A DNA stretch of 32,000 nucleotides from Trichodesmium erythraeum IMS101 (GCF_000014265.1 NC_008312.1:1050001-1082000), one strand, 5' to 3'; positions 18,646-26,330 are shown, counted from the first letter of the stretch. Notes: a model not told the origin generated them from the sequence alone. Translations and numbers: made by a program.

Positions 18646-19010
18646 TAATTAGGGTTTACCGAAAAAGTATTTTTATGGAGTAGCCAATAGGGAATAATAG
18701 GAAAAACAGGAACCATAAAACATACAGTTCAGTTAAATATTATTCTGGATAGTATAATACAAATATAATCAATATAACCAAAAAATTCATTAGGGTTTGC
18801 TGAATCAGTGTTTTTACGGAGTTATACGAATCTTAGGGGAATATGGCTCAGTTAAATATTCTTTTTGAGAGTATAACCTACAGAATAGATATATACCAAT
18901 AATTTATGGCTTGCTCAAAAAGTATTTTTAGGTAGCACAGGATAGGAGGTCAGACTAGAAACAAATATTCTAGAACAACACGGTTGAGTTAAGGTTTTTT
19001 TTGGCGCTTG
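18646..19010. repeat. Three degenerate tandem repeat units (~141 and ~114 bp periods) upstream of the 18070..18591 gene
   Basis: Units are anchored by attagggttt(a/g)c(c/t)gaa..agt(a/g)ttttta(t/c)ggagt at 18648 and 18789, and by the partial match ttgctcaaaaagtatttttagg at 18912. A second block, tcagttaaatatt...agtataa(t/c), occurs at ~18729 and ~18848. The T5A anchor falls at 18675, 18816 and 18930. Confidence 0.7.
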
Positions 19011-19381
19011 TATGTCACTGAAAAGCTTACAGCTTATGTTGGATAAACGATATACAAGTTTTAATAGTATAACTTTTATAACACAGATACCATACTTGTT
19101 AAATATATACCTCATGGTCGGATTAAGTTTTGTATCTAATACTTCCATGCCATAATATTTTTGCTCTGATCTGAATTGTATTAGGTTAATTATTCAGTTA
19201 ATTAGGAGGTAGGAGCAAGAGTTGTCTGTTCCTGAACTCTACTATGGTTGCTCAAAAATTCTAGTTTGTGTTATGTGGGTTTTAAAGGCTCAAAAGCTGA
19301 TACTTGGTTTGTTGATCAAAATTACAACTAATGTCAGTAAATATCTTAAGGGCTTCGAGGACTGCCTACAATTAATAATAT

Positions 19382-19468
19382 CACCCTACAAACAAGCACG
19401 AGGATATTAAAGTCAAGCTTTTCTACAACTAATACTTTTGATTTGAACTGATGCTTATTTGTAGGGTG
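19382..19468. repeat. 17-bp inverted repeat (one mismatch) forming a long hairpin or MITE-like unit
   Basis: The reverse complement of tgcttatttgtagggtg (19452-19468) is caccctacaaataagca, which matches caccctacaaacaagca (19382-19398) at all but one position. The spacer is 53 nt. Confidence 0.7.
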
Positions 19469-19579
19469 TTAATTACTGAATGATTGAAGTTTCTCCTAGG
19501 TTCAGTGTTCTTTCTTTGCCTATGGTCTTTAGTTGTACTATATTAATGACTGAGTTTGCTTTTAGATATAAATTTTCAC

Positions 19580-19819
19580 ATGAGAGAAAAATTAGTTAAC
19601 TGGTTAGATACATTTTTGGTAATAGATGTATTTTTAGTGATCATTGCTTTTGCTTGGTTCGCGATCGCTGTTATTGGTCGTTATTCTGGGGTGTCTTTAG
19701 GTCTTGACCTTTGGCATAGACTGTGGGAACCAGTTTTTACTCCGGCTATTGGAATTTTAATGGGGGGTGCTATTCTTAGTGGTATAATTAAACAAGTTAC
19801 TAAACGCTTCAATTTGTAA
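19580..19819 (+). CDS. Small two-TM membrane protein (hypothetical)
   Basis: The track ORF starts at TTG 19556. The first ATG, at 19580, gives MREKLVNWLDTFLVIDVFLVIIAFAWFAIAVIGRYSG...ILMGGAILSGIIKQVTKRFNL. There are two hydrophobic helices and a HIP1 site at 19661-19668. Confidence 0.6.
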   Translation: MREKLVNWLDTFLVIDVFLVIIAFAWFAIAVIGRYSGVSLGLDLWHRLWEPVFTPAIGILMGGAILSGIIKQVTKRFNL

Positions 19820-19934
19820 GCATTTTACTCCTCCCCTGTGGAGATTTTTTATCATTTTGATGAATAATTTTTGGTAGGGCAAGGGTCCTGAACAGGCTTT
19901 CTTGCTCAATTATTGAGTATAAGCTTTTAATACT

Positions 19935-20048
19935 CAGCTAATTTCAGGTTTATGAGGTACCTTTACCGGGGGAAGATGCCCCCACGATATGGTTTTTACT
20001 AAATACAGCTATACATGGTTGCTCCGAAGTTAGCTGTGACTATTTAAC
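19935..20048. repeat. Copy A of a ~110-bp dispersed repeat with a central GC hairpin
   Basis: cagctaatttcaggtttatgaggtac...cgggggaagatgcccccacg...aaatacagctat...agttagctgtgactatttaac aligns with 25968-26080. The core tatgaggtac matches 10/10. The next 52 nt match about 36/52 without gaps. Confidence 0.7.
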
Positions 20049-20351
20049 AGAAGATGATGTGAGGCGATCGCTAAATTTATGATAATTTTTGGCTTGACTT
20101 TCTTCTGAGTTCTTATTTTTGCCTGGTCAGTAACAGAGCTAGATACTCCCAAGTTCCCTGGTCCTAAGTCCTATAGCGGTTTTCATCTGGATAGACTACA
20201 GTGGGAACTTTTCCATTTTTGTGATGCCAGGTCCCTACAAGGTTTTGGTTATGGGGATGTAGTTGATTAATTTGAAAGGTGTTGTTAGTCCCTTCCTGGG
20301 AGTGGTTAGGGGGGGCTTCTCCCTTTTGACTTATATTTTTTGACTTTTGGC

Positions 20352-20380
20352 TTGGAAATTTTCCTAAAAAGTACTATAAT
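20352..20380 (+). promoter_or_regulatory. Candidate sigma-70-type promoter for the large exoprotein gene
   Basis: TTGGAA (20352-20357), a 17-nt spacer, then TATAAT (20375-20380), 37 nt upstream of the ATG at 20417. Confidence 0.35.
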
Positions 20381-20416
20381 ATTATTTCAGGTTTGCTGCC
20401 AATTTAATTTAATACT

Positions 20417-23400
20417 ATGACTGAACCCTTTGAAGAAAATAATTCATCGGAGCCTGAGTTTCCGGATGACCCATTCCCAAGTGTCCACTATCTCCCTGGG
20501 GCTGACTACTCTAACCCTGAGGTTACAGACCCGATGATACAAGGTGCCTGGGGTGAGGTTCGTGACGAGTTGGCTGATTTTATCTTGGCCCCGGAGTTCG
20601 ATGACTATATTAAAACGGCTTTTGGTGAAACTGTGGACCCGGAGCTGGCAAAGGAGCAGATAAAGGATGTTTTGACTGGGGAAAATTTGCCCGAGGTTAT
20701 TATGTTGCCGGCGGCGGATATGGAGCCGGCGGTGGGTGCCTATGATCCTTTGACTGGTTCAATTTATTTGGCTGATTCTTTATTGCCTGATACTGATGGG
20801 GTTTTGGTGGATGTGCTGTTGGAGGAGTTGGGGCATTTTTTGGACTCTCAGTTGTCTGAGTCGGACTCCCCTGGAGATGAGGGTGAGTTATTGGCTGCTT
20901 TGGTGAGGGGTGAGGAGTTGACTCAGTTTCAGGTGATGATGCTTCGGGGTCAGGATGATCGGGTAGATATTTGGGTCGGGGGTGTTGAGGTTGAGGTTGA
21001 GGCTAGTGAAAAGGTTGATTTTGAGAAGGCTCGTAATTTTAAGGTGGGAGACATAGCTAGGTCAGTAGCAGTAGGAGATTTTAATGGAGATGGCATTCCT
21101 GATCTGGCTGTGGCGAACTTTTCTTCAGACAACGTATCAGTGTTATCAGGAAAAGGTGACGGTAGTTTTGGTTCAGCTACTAATTTTCCGGTGGGAGACG
21201 GACCTATCTCAGTAGCAGTAGGAGATTTTAATGGAGATGGCATTCCTGATCTGGCTGTGGCGAACCTCTGGTCAGACAACGTATCAGTGTTATCAGGAAA
21301 AGGTGACGGTAGTTTTGGTTCAGCTACTAATTTTCCGGTGGGAGACGGACCTATCTCAGTAGCAGTAGGAGATTTTAATGGAGATGGCATTCCTGATCTG
21401 GCTGTGGCGAACGACGGGTCAGACAACGTATCAGTGTTATCAGGAAAAGGTGACGGTAGTTTTGGTTCAGCTACTAGTTTTCCGGTGGGAGACGGACCAT
21501 TCTCAGTAGCAGTAGGAGATTTTAATGGAGATGGCATTCCTGATCTGGCTGTGGCGAACAGGTTTGTGGCGAACCTCTGGTCAGACAACGTATCAGTGTT
21601 ATCAGGAAAAGGTGACGGTAGTTTTGGTTCAGCTACTAGTTTTCCGGTGGGAAACGGACCTTGGTCAGTAGCAGCAGAAGATTTAAATGGAGACGGCATT
21701 CCTGATCTGGCTGTGGCGAACTTTTCTTCAGACAACGTATCAGTGTTATCAGGAAAAGGTGACGGTAGTTTTGGTTCAGCTACTAATTTTCCGGTGGGAG
21801 ACCGACCTTGGTCAGTAGCAGCAGAAGATTTAAATGGAGATGGCATTCCTGATCTGGCTGTGGCGAACATCGGTTCAGACAACGTATCAGTGTTATCAGG
21901 AAAAGGTGACGGTAGTTTTGGTTCAGCTACTAATTTTCCGGTGGGAGACGGACCTATATCAGTAGCAGCAGAAGATTTAAATGGAGACGGCATTCCTGAT
22001 CTGGCTGTGGCGAACTTCAATTCACACAACGTATCCATCCTCATCAACAAAACCCCCATAACCATCATCCCCAACATCACCATCTCCGACACCAAGCTCA
22101 CCGAAGGCAACACAAATAAAACCGCCAAATTCACGGTCACCCTAGACAACCCCACAACCACCACAGTCAAAGTCAACTACACCACAGCCAACCAAACCGC
22201 AAAAGTCAACCAAGACTACAAACTCACCAAAGGTACCCTGACCTTCCAACCAGGAGAAACGAACAAAAACATCACAGTTCCCATCTTGGGAGATAACCGA
22301 GACGAACCCCAGGAAAAATTCCGAGTCGCTCTGAGCAGCCCCCAAAATGCCAACATCAAAGATGGGGAAGCTACAGGTACCATCGTTGATAACGACCCAG
22401 TTCCCCAAATATCCATCGGCGATGCCAAAGTTACCGAAGGAAACCGAGGTCAGAAAAACATAGAATTTGAAGTCAAATTAAACAACCCCAGCGGGAAAAC
22501 AGTGAGAGTAAATTATGGAACCCAAGAGGGCAGCGCCAAGTCAGGAAAAGATTTTCGAAATAAAAGGGGAGTCCTGACATTCCAACCAGGGCAGACCAAA
22601 AAAATAGTGAACATTCCCATTTTGGGAGATCGGGTTGATGAAAATAACGAGGAGTTTCAAGTCAAACTCAGCCGTGCCAGAAATGGAAAATTGTCAGATA
22701 AAACAGCAGTCGGCAGAATTATTGATAACGACGAAACATTACCCCAAATATCCATCAGGGATGCCAAAGTCACGGAAGGAAACAGGGGTAAGAAACAGAT
22801 GAAGTTTGAAGTCGAGCTCAACAACCCGAGCACGAAAACAGTGAGGGTAAATTACGCCACAGTAGATGGCAGCGCCAAGTCAGGAAAAGATTTTCAAAAT
22901 AAAAGGGGAGTGGTGACATTCCAACCAGGGCAGAGGAAAAAGATAGTGAATATTCCCATTGTGGGAGATCGGGTTGATGAAAATAACGAGCAGTTTCAAG
23001 TCAAACTCAGCCGTGCCAGAAATGGTAAGTTGTCAGATAAAACAGCCGTCGGCAGAATTATTGATAACGACGAAACCCAAATATCCATCAGGGATGCCAA
23101 AATTACTGAAGGACAACAGGGAGAGAAAAACATGAAGTTTGAGGTCAAGTTAGATAATAGTAGCAGTGAAGTAGTGAAAGTTAATTATGAGACCGTTGAC
23201 GGTAGCGCGAAGTCAGGAAAAGATTATCTGAAGAAAAAGGGAGTCCTGAAATTCCAACCAGGGGAGACCAAAAAGACAGTAAATGTTAGTATTTTGGGAG
23301 ATACTGTTGATGAAAAGGATGAGAAATTTCAAGTGAAACTCAGCGGCGCTAAAAATGGTAAGTTATCAGATGCCAAAGCAGTCGGTATTATTCAAAACAA

Positions 23401-23758
23401 CTCAGCGCCAGAGGATATTAAAAACCCTGTAGATCTAGGAATTCTGTCTTCAGAACAAACTTCCAGGGTTGATGATATTGGGTTTGCAACTGGACCGGTC
23501 GACCGTAATACAGAAGATTATTTCTCTTTTGAGGTAGAAAAAGAAGGTTTAGTCAGTGTTTTTGTAGATAGTTTTGTGCAGGATCTGGGAATTAAATTGT
23601 ATGATAAAGATGGGAGTCTACTTAACCAGTCAAATAAGGAGGGTTTTGCAACAGAGAAAATTCAAGTTATTCTAGATCCTGGTGTTTATTATTTGAAAGT
23701 TTTCCCAGTCGGAAGCGGTCGGACTGATTATAATTTGAGTATTAATATTATTAATTAG
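20417..23758 (+). CDS. Large repeat exoprotein: N-terminal module of unknown function, seven FG-GAP/VCBS blades, four Calx-beta domains, and a C-terminal PPC (pre-peptidase C-terminal) domain
   Basis: 1113 aa. Seven units of VGDGP.SVAVGDFNGDGIPDLAVAN..SDNVSVLSGKGDGSFGSATNFP carry the FG-GAP signature. Four ~110-aa units of I.DAKVTEGN....F.V.L.N.S...V.VNY.T.DGSAK.G.D......G.L.F.PG...K...I.I.GD..DE..E.F.V.L are Calx-beta domains. The C-terminus DYFSFEVEKEGLVSVFVDSFVQDLGIKLYDKDGSLL...LDPGVYYLKVFPVGSGRTDYNLSINI is a PPC domain. There is no Sec signal peptide. Confidence 0.9.
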   Translation: MTEPFEENNSSEPEFPDDPFPSVHYLPGADYSNPEVTDPMIQGAWGEVRDELADFILAPEFDDYIKTAFGETVDPELAKEQIKDVLTGENLPEVIMLPAADMEPAVGAYDPLTGSIYLADSLLPDTDGVLVDVLLEELGHFLDSQLSESDSPGDEGELLAALVRGEELTQFQVMMLRGQDDRVDIWVGGVEVEVEASEKVDFEKARNFKVGDIARSVAVGDFNGDGIPDLAVANFSSDNVSVLSGKGDGSFGSATNFPVGDGPISVAVGDFNGDGIPDLAVANLWSDNVSVLSGKGDGSFGSATNFPVGDGPISVAVGDFNGDGIPDLAVANDGSDNVSVLSGKGDGSFGSATSFPVGDGPFSVAVGDFNGDGIPDLAVANRFVANLWSDNVSVLSGKGDGSFGSATSFPVGNGPWSVAAEDLNGDGIPDLAVANFSSDNVSVLSGKGDGSFGSATNFPVGDRPWSVAAEDLNGDGIPDLAVANIGSDNVSVLSGKGDGSFGSATNFPVGDGPISVAAEDLNGDGIPDLAVANFNSHNVSILINKTPITIIPNITISDTKLTEGNTNKTAKFTVTLDNPTTTTVKVNYTTANQTAKVNQDYKLTKGTLTFQPGETNKNITVPILGDNRDEPQEKFRVALSSPQNANIKDGEATGTIVDNDPVPQISIGDAKVTEGNRGQKNIEFEVKLNNPSGKTVRVNYGTQEGSAKSGKDFRNKRGVLTFQPGQTKKIVNIPILGDRVDENNEEFQVKLSRARNGKLSDKTAVGRIIDNDETLPQISIRDAKVTEGNRGKKQMKFEVELNNPSTKTVRVNYATVDGSAKSGKDFQNKRGVVTFQPGQRKKIVNIPIVGDRVDENNEQFQVKLSRARNGKLSDKTAVGRIIDNDETQISIRDAKITEGQQGEKNMKFEVKLDNSSSEVVKVNYETVDGSAKSGKDYLKKKGVLKFQPGETKKTVNVSILGDTVDEKDEKFQVKLSGAKNGKLSDAKAVGIIQNNSAPEDIKNPVDLGILSSEQTSRVDDIGFATGPVDRNTEDYFSFEVEKEGLVSVFVDSFVQDLGIKLYDKDGSLLNQSNKEGFATEKIQVILDPGVYYLKVFPVGSGRTDYNLSINIIN
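21044..22050 (+). repeat. Seven tandem 147-bp units (one is 162 bp) encoding the FG-GAP blades
   Basis: Units start at 21044, 21191, 21338, 21485, 21647, 21794 and 21941. Long stretches are 100% identical between units. Confidence 0.95.
22403..23400 (+). repeat. Three tandem ~333-339-bp units encoding Calx-beta domains 2-4
   Basis: Units start at 22403, 22742 and 23075. The 3' halves of units 2 and 3 (gggagatcgggttgatgaaaataacgag...ggcagaattattgataacgacgaaac) are nearly identical. Confidence 0.85.
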
Positions 23759-23804
23759 GTGTTAGGTTTTAGGTATTAGGTTTTCGGTTTTCGGTTTTCG
23801 GGGA
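23756..23804. repeat. Seven phased degenerate heptamers (TAGGTNT / TCGGTTT) starting at the stop codon
   Basis: taggtgt taggttt taggtat taggttt tcggttt tcggttt tcgggga. The first TAG is the stop codon of the exoprotein gene. Confidence 0.85.
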
Positions 23805-23904
23805 AAAGAGAATTTAATAAAATTTGCATAATTAAATAGATTTGATATTAGCTATTATAAATAGTTAATAATTTCAGAGCTTAAGAAAAATAGTATTATT
23901 GACC

Positions 23905-24138
23905 ATGAACAAATCAGTTGAAACAGAAAAGTTTAACCCGTGGAATTATAAACCTTGGTGGTGCCAACCTTGGTCAATACTTTTGACAGGAATTACTATT
24001 ATTAGTAGTAGTTGGTTAATATTTAGAACCATTTGGTTAACAGTAATTATTTCTATTCCTATATTGACTTGGATGGGATTTTTCCTAATAGTTTGGCCGA
24101 AGTTAATGGCAGAGTCAAAAATCTCAAATAAAGTTTAA
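23905..24138 (+). CDS. Small conserved two-TM protein (hypothetical)
   Basis: The first ATG, at 23905 (the track starts at TTG 23899), gives MNKSVETEKFNPWNYKPWWCQPWSILLTGITIISSSWLIF...ILTWMGFFLIVWPKL. The Trp/Cys-rich PWWCQPWSI motif followed by two TM helices looks like a conserved cyanobacterial family. Confidence 0.6.
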   Translation: MNKSVETEKFNPWNYKPWWCQPWSILLTGITIISSSWLIFRTIWLTVIISIPILTWMGFFLIVWPKLMAESKISNKV

Positions 24139-24140
24139 TT

Positions 24141-24163
24141 GTGATTTCAAAATCACCTTTTCT
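24141..24163 (+). terminator. Putative intrinsic terminator of the 23905..24138 gene
   Basis: gtgattt-ca-aaatcac (7-bp stem) followed by cttttct, beginning 3 nt after the stop codon. The stem is AT-rich, so it is weak. Confidence 0.35.
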
Positions 24164-24210
24164 GGTTGGGGAGTATTCTGAGAAACCGGGCTCATAAATA
24201 GAACCAAAAA

Positions 24211-24243
24211 ATTGTAGGGACGTTACATAGAACATCCCTACTC
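24211..24243. repeat. TTGTAGGG...CCCTAC hairpin between convergent genes
   Basis: gtaggga (24214-24220) pairs with tccctac (24235-24241) around a 14-nt loop. It shares the attgtaggg stem base with 26438-26470 and the single arms at 28865 and 19460. Confidence 0.6.
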
Positions 24244-24301
24244 ATAGAAAATCTACTGTGGTCTACCGTGGAGGAAAACCCGTCAAAATTTAACTGTCAT
24301 A

Positions 24302-25885
24302 TTATTTAATCTCAGGGGCACGGGTCGGCAACTCAGACACATCTGTTAACGCCACTTTTTCAGGCCCCATCAACACAGGCACAGAATCTCGTAACCGCGC
24401 TGTTAACTGTACAGTCGTCGCATCATATATCTGAGTCACAATTTTAGGATACAAGCCTATACCAATTATTGGCACTAACAAACAACCAATAATAAACACT
24501 TCCCGGGGTTCCGCGTCCTTGAGAACCTCGTGTTCAACCAACTTCTTATTCTCAGGACCATATAAAATCTCCCGCAACATTGACAACAGATAAATAGGAG
24601 TCAAAATTACCCCAACTGCAGACAAGAAAATCACTAAAACCTTAAAAGTTGAACTATAAGCATCACTGGTAGCAAAACCAATAAACACCATAACCTCAGC
24701 CACAAACCCACTCATTCCGGGCAAAGCCAAAGAAGCCATAGAACAAGTCGTCCACATAGCGAACACCTTTTTCATCTTCTGACCGACACCACCCATTTCA
24801 TCCAAAATCAAAGTATGAGTCCGGTCATAAGTAGCTCCCACCAAAAAGAACAAACTCGCCCCTATCAAACCATGGGAAATCATTTGCAGCACAGCTCCAC
24901 TCAAACCAATATCAGTAAAAGAAGCCATACCTATTAACACAAACCCCATGTGAGAAATAGAAGAGTAGGCAATTTTCCGCTTCAGGTTTCGTTGAGCAAA
25001 AGACGTCAAAGCAGCATAAACAATATTTACAACCCCCAAAATTACCAACACCGGAGCAAAGACCGCATGAGCATCAGGTAACATTCCCGCATTCATCCGC
25101 AGTAAAGCATAACCACCCATTTTCAGCAAAATTCCAGCCAGCAACATATGAGCAGGTGCCGTTGCCTCCCCGTGGGCATCAGGTAACCAGGTGTGTAGTG
25201 GGAAAATAGGCAACTTCACAGCATAAGCAATTAAGAAAGCTGCATATAACAACAGTTGCAAATTGAAAGCATAATCTTTGAGAGCGATCGTCCTCATATC
25301 AAAACTAACAGTATCCCCATAGAAGGCCATTGTTAAAGCCGCAATCAAAATAAACAATGAGCCACCCGCTGTGTAGAGGATAAACTTAGTTGCCGCATAT
25401 AGCCGGCGTTTACCACCCCAGATGGAAAGAATTAGGTAAACAGGCACTAATTCTAATTCCCAAACCAGGAAAAATAGCAACATATCTTGTACAGCAAATA
25501 CAGCAATTTGACCGCCGTACATTGCCAACATCAAAAAGTAAAATAGCTTCGGCTTAAAACTTACAGGCCATGCTGCCATAATTGCTAGAGTCGTGATAAA
25601 GCCAGTTAGGATAATTAATGGCATAGATAAACCATCCGCCCCCACTGACCAATTTAAATCTAGCTGAGGTACCCAAGGGTAACTTTCTACCAGTTGAAGT
25701 TCAGGGTTATTAACATCATATCCTGTGCAGAAAGCAGCAATAATAATAGCAAAATCAATTAATCCAACTATTAAGGAGTACCATCGCACCGTTTTGCCGT
25801 CTTTATCAGGAATGATCGGAAGTAGCAAAGATGCAACTATTGGAAATAGGATAATTGTAGTTAGCCAAGGAAAATTAGTCATCAT
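24302..25885 (-). CDS. ndhD: NAD(P)H-quinone oxidoreductase subunit 4 (NDH-1 subunit NdhD, D1/D2 type)
   Basis: 527 aa, polytopic. It has the N-terminus [22 protein letters not shown] and the motifs [26 protein letters not shown] and [12 protein letters not shown], typical of the Nuo/NdhD antiporter-like subunit. The length fits D1/D2 rather than D3/D4. Confidence 0.95.
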   Translation of the reverse strand: MMTNFPWLTTIILFPIVASLLLPIIPDKDGKTVRWYSLIVGLIDFAIIIAAFCTGYDVNNPELQLVESYPWVPQLDLNWSVGADGLSMPLIILTGFITTLAIMAAWPVSFKPKLFYFLMLAMYGGQIAVFAVQDMLLFFLVWELELVPVYLILSIWGGKRRLYAATKFILYTAGGSLFILIAALTMAFYGDTVSFDMRTIALKDYAFNLQLLLYAAFLIAYAVKLPIFPLHTWLPDAHGEATAPAHMLLAGILLKMGGYALLRMNAGMLPDAHAVFAPVLVILGVVNIVYAALTSFAQRNLKRKIAYSSISHMGFVLIGMASFTDIGLSGAVLQMISHGLIGASLFFLVGATYDRTHTLILDEMGGVGQKMKKVFAMWTTCSMASLALPGMSGFVAEVMVFIGFATSDAYSSTFKVLVIFLSAVGVILTPIYLLSMLREILYGPENKKLVEHEVLKDAEPREVFIIGCLLVPIIGIGLYPKIVTQIYDATTVQLTARLRDSVPVLMGPEKVALTDVSELPTRAPEIK

Positions 25886-25967
25886 AAATGTTAAATCACT
25901 ATTAAATCAATTCAAAAATATCCTAGAATAAATAATGAGGGTAGTTGTCCTATTTCTAATGCTATTA

Positions 25968-26080
25968 CAGCATATTCAGTTATTATGAGGTACAGCTACG
26001 CGGGCAAGATGCCTGCACTACATTATTTTCACCAAATATAGCTATGGATCATAAATCAGAAATTAGCTGTAAATTTACTC
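25968..26080. repeat. Copy B of the ~110-bp dispersed repeat (in the ndhF-ndhD spacer)
   Basis: cagcatattcagttattatgaggtacagctacgcgggcaagatgcctgcactacattattttcaccaaatatagctatgg...aattagctgtaaatttactc. The hairpin is GCGGGC (26000-26005), loop AAGAT, GCCTGC (26011-26016). Confidence 0.7.
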
Positions 26081-26301
26081 TTGCTATCTTAATAGGAAAT
26101 CATTTTCAAGATATCAGAAATAGTTTCCAACTTAAAATTTCAAATAATTTCTTTAAATTACTTTATTGTCAAAATTTTGACTTGAGAATTTTAAACTTTG
26201 ACTTATGTGCAATAGTATTAGTTCCTGAGTATCACCTATGACTCAGAGGTCAGATAAAATCTCCTTATTTTGGGAAATAGGAAGATAAAAAATATTTTTT
26301 C

Positions 26302-26330
26302 AAACCTCTCTCCTAGAGGTAGAGAGGTTT
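26302..26330. other. Perfect 10-bp stem hairpin in the ndhF-ndhD spacer
   Basis: aaacctctct (26302-26311), loop cctagaggt, agagaggttt (26321-26330). It is flanked by A/T runs on both sides. On the minus (gene) strand the stem is followed by ttg then an A-run. Confidence 0.6.

Noticed and set aside
18915-19410. ORFs 18915..19148 (-) and 19222..19410 (+)
   Set aside because: They lie within the tandem-repeat and inverted-repeat spacer. The second starts at TTG. Their sequences look like translated AT-rich non-coding DNA.
20816-20836. LLEELGH motif in the exoprotein N-terminal module as a zinc-metalloprotease site
   Set aside because: The canonical HExxH is absent, and only ExxGH is present. 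I have no basis for a catalytic call, so I left the module as unknown function.
21044-22050. Possible CRISPR array or DGR variable region, suggested by regular repeats with short variable inserts
   Set aside because: The units are 147 bp, in frame, and encode FG-GAP blades. The variable parts are 6 nt, not spacer-sized. No cas genes, reverse transcriptase or template repeat are in the window. The substitutions are not restricted to adenine-templated positions.
20950-22176. 408-aa ORF antisense to the FG-GAP repeat region
   Set aside because: It is an artefact of the repeat. One stop-free antisense frame in a single 147-bp unit is copied seven times. The sense frame encodes a textbook FG-GAP signature and continues into the Calx-beta and PPC domains.
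22142-22428. Two antisense ORFs (88 and 70 aa) over the first Calx-beta unit
   Set aside because: The sense strand here is almost pure A+C. The antisense strand therefore has very few A residues and few possible stop codons. Both ORFs lie inside a well-supported sense CDS.
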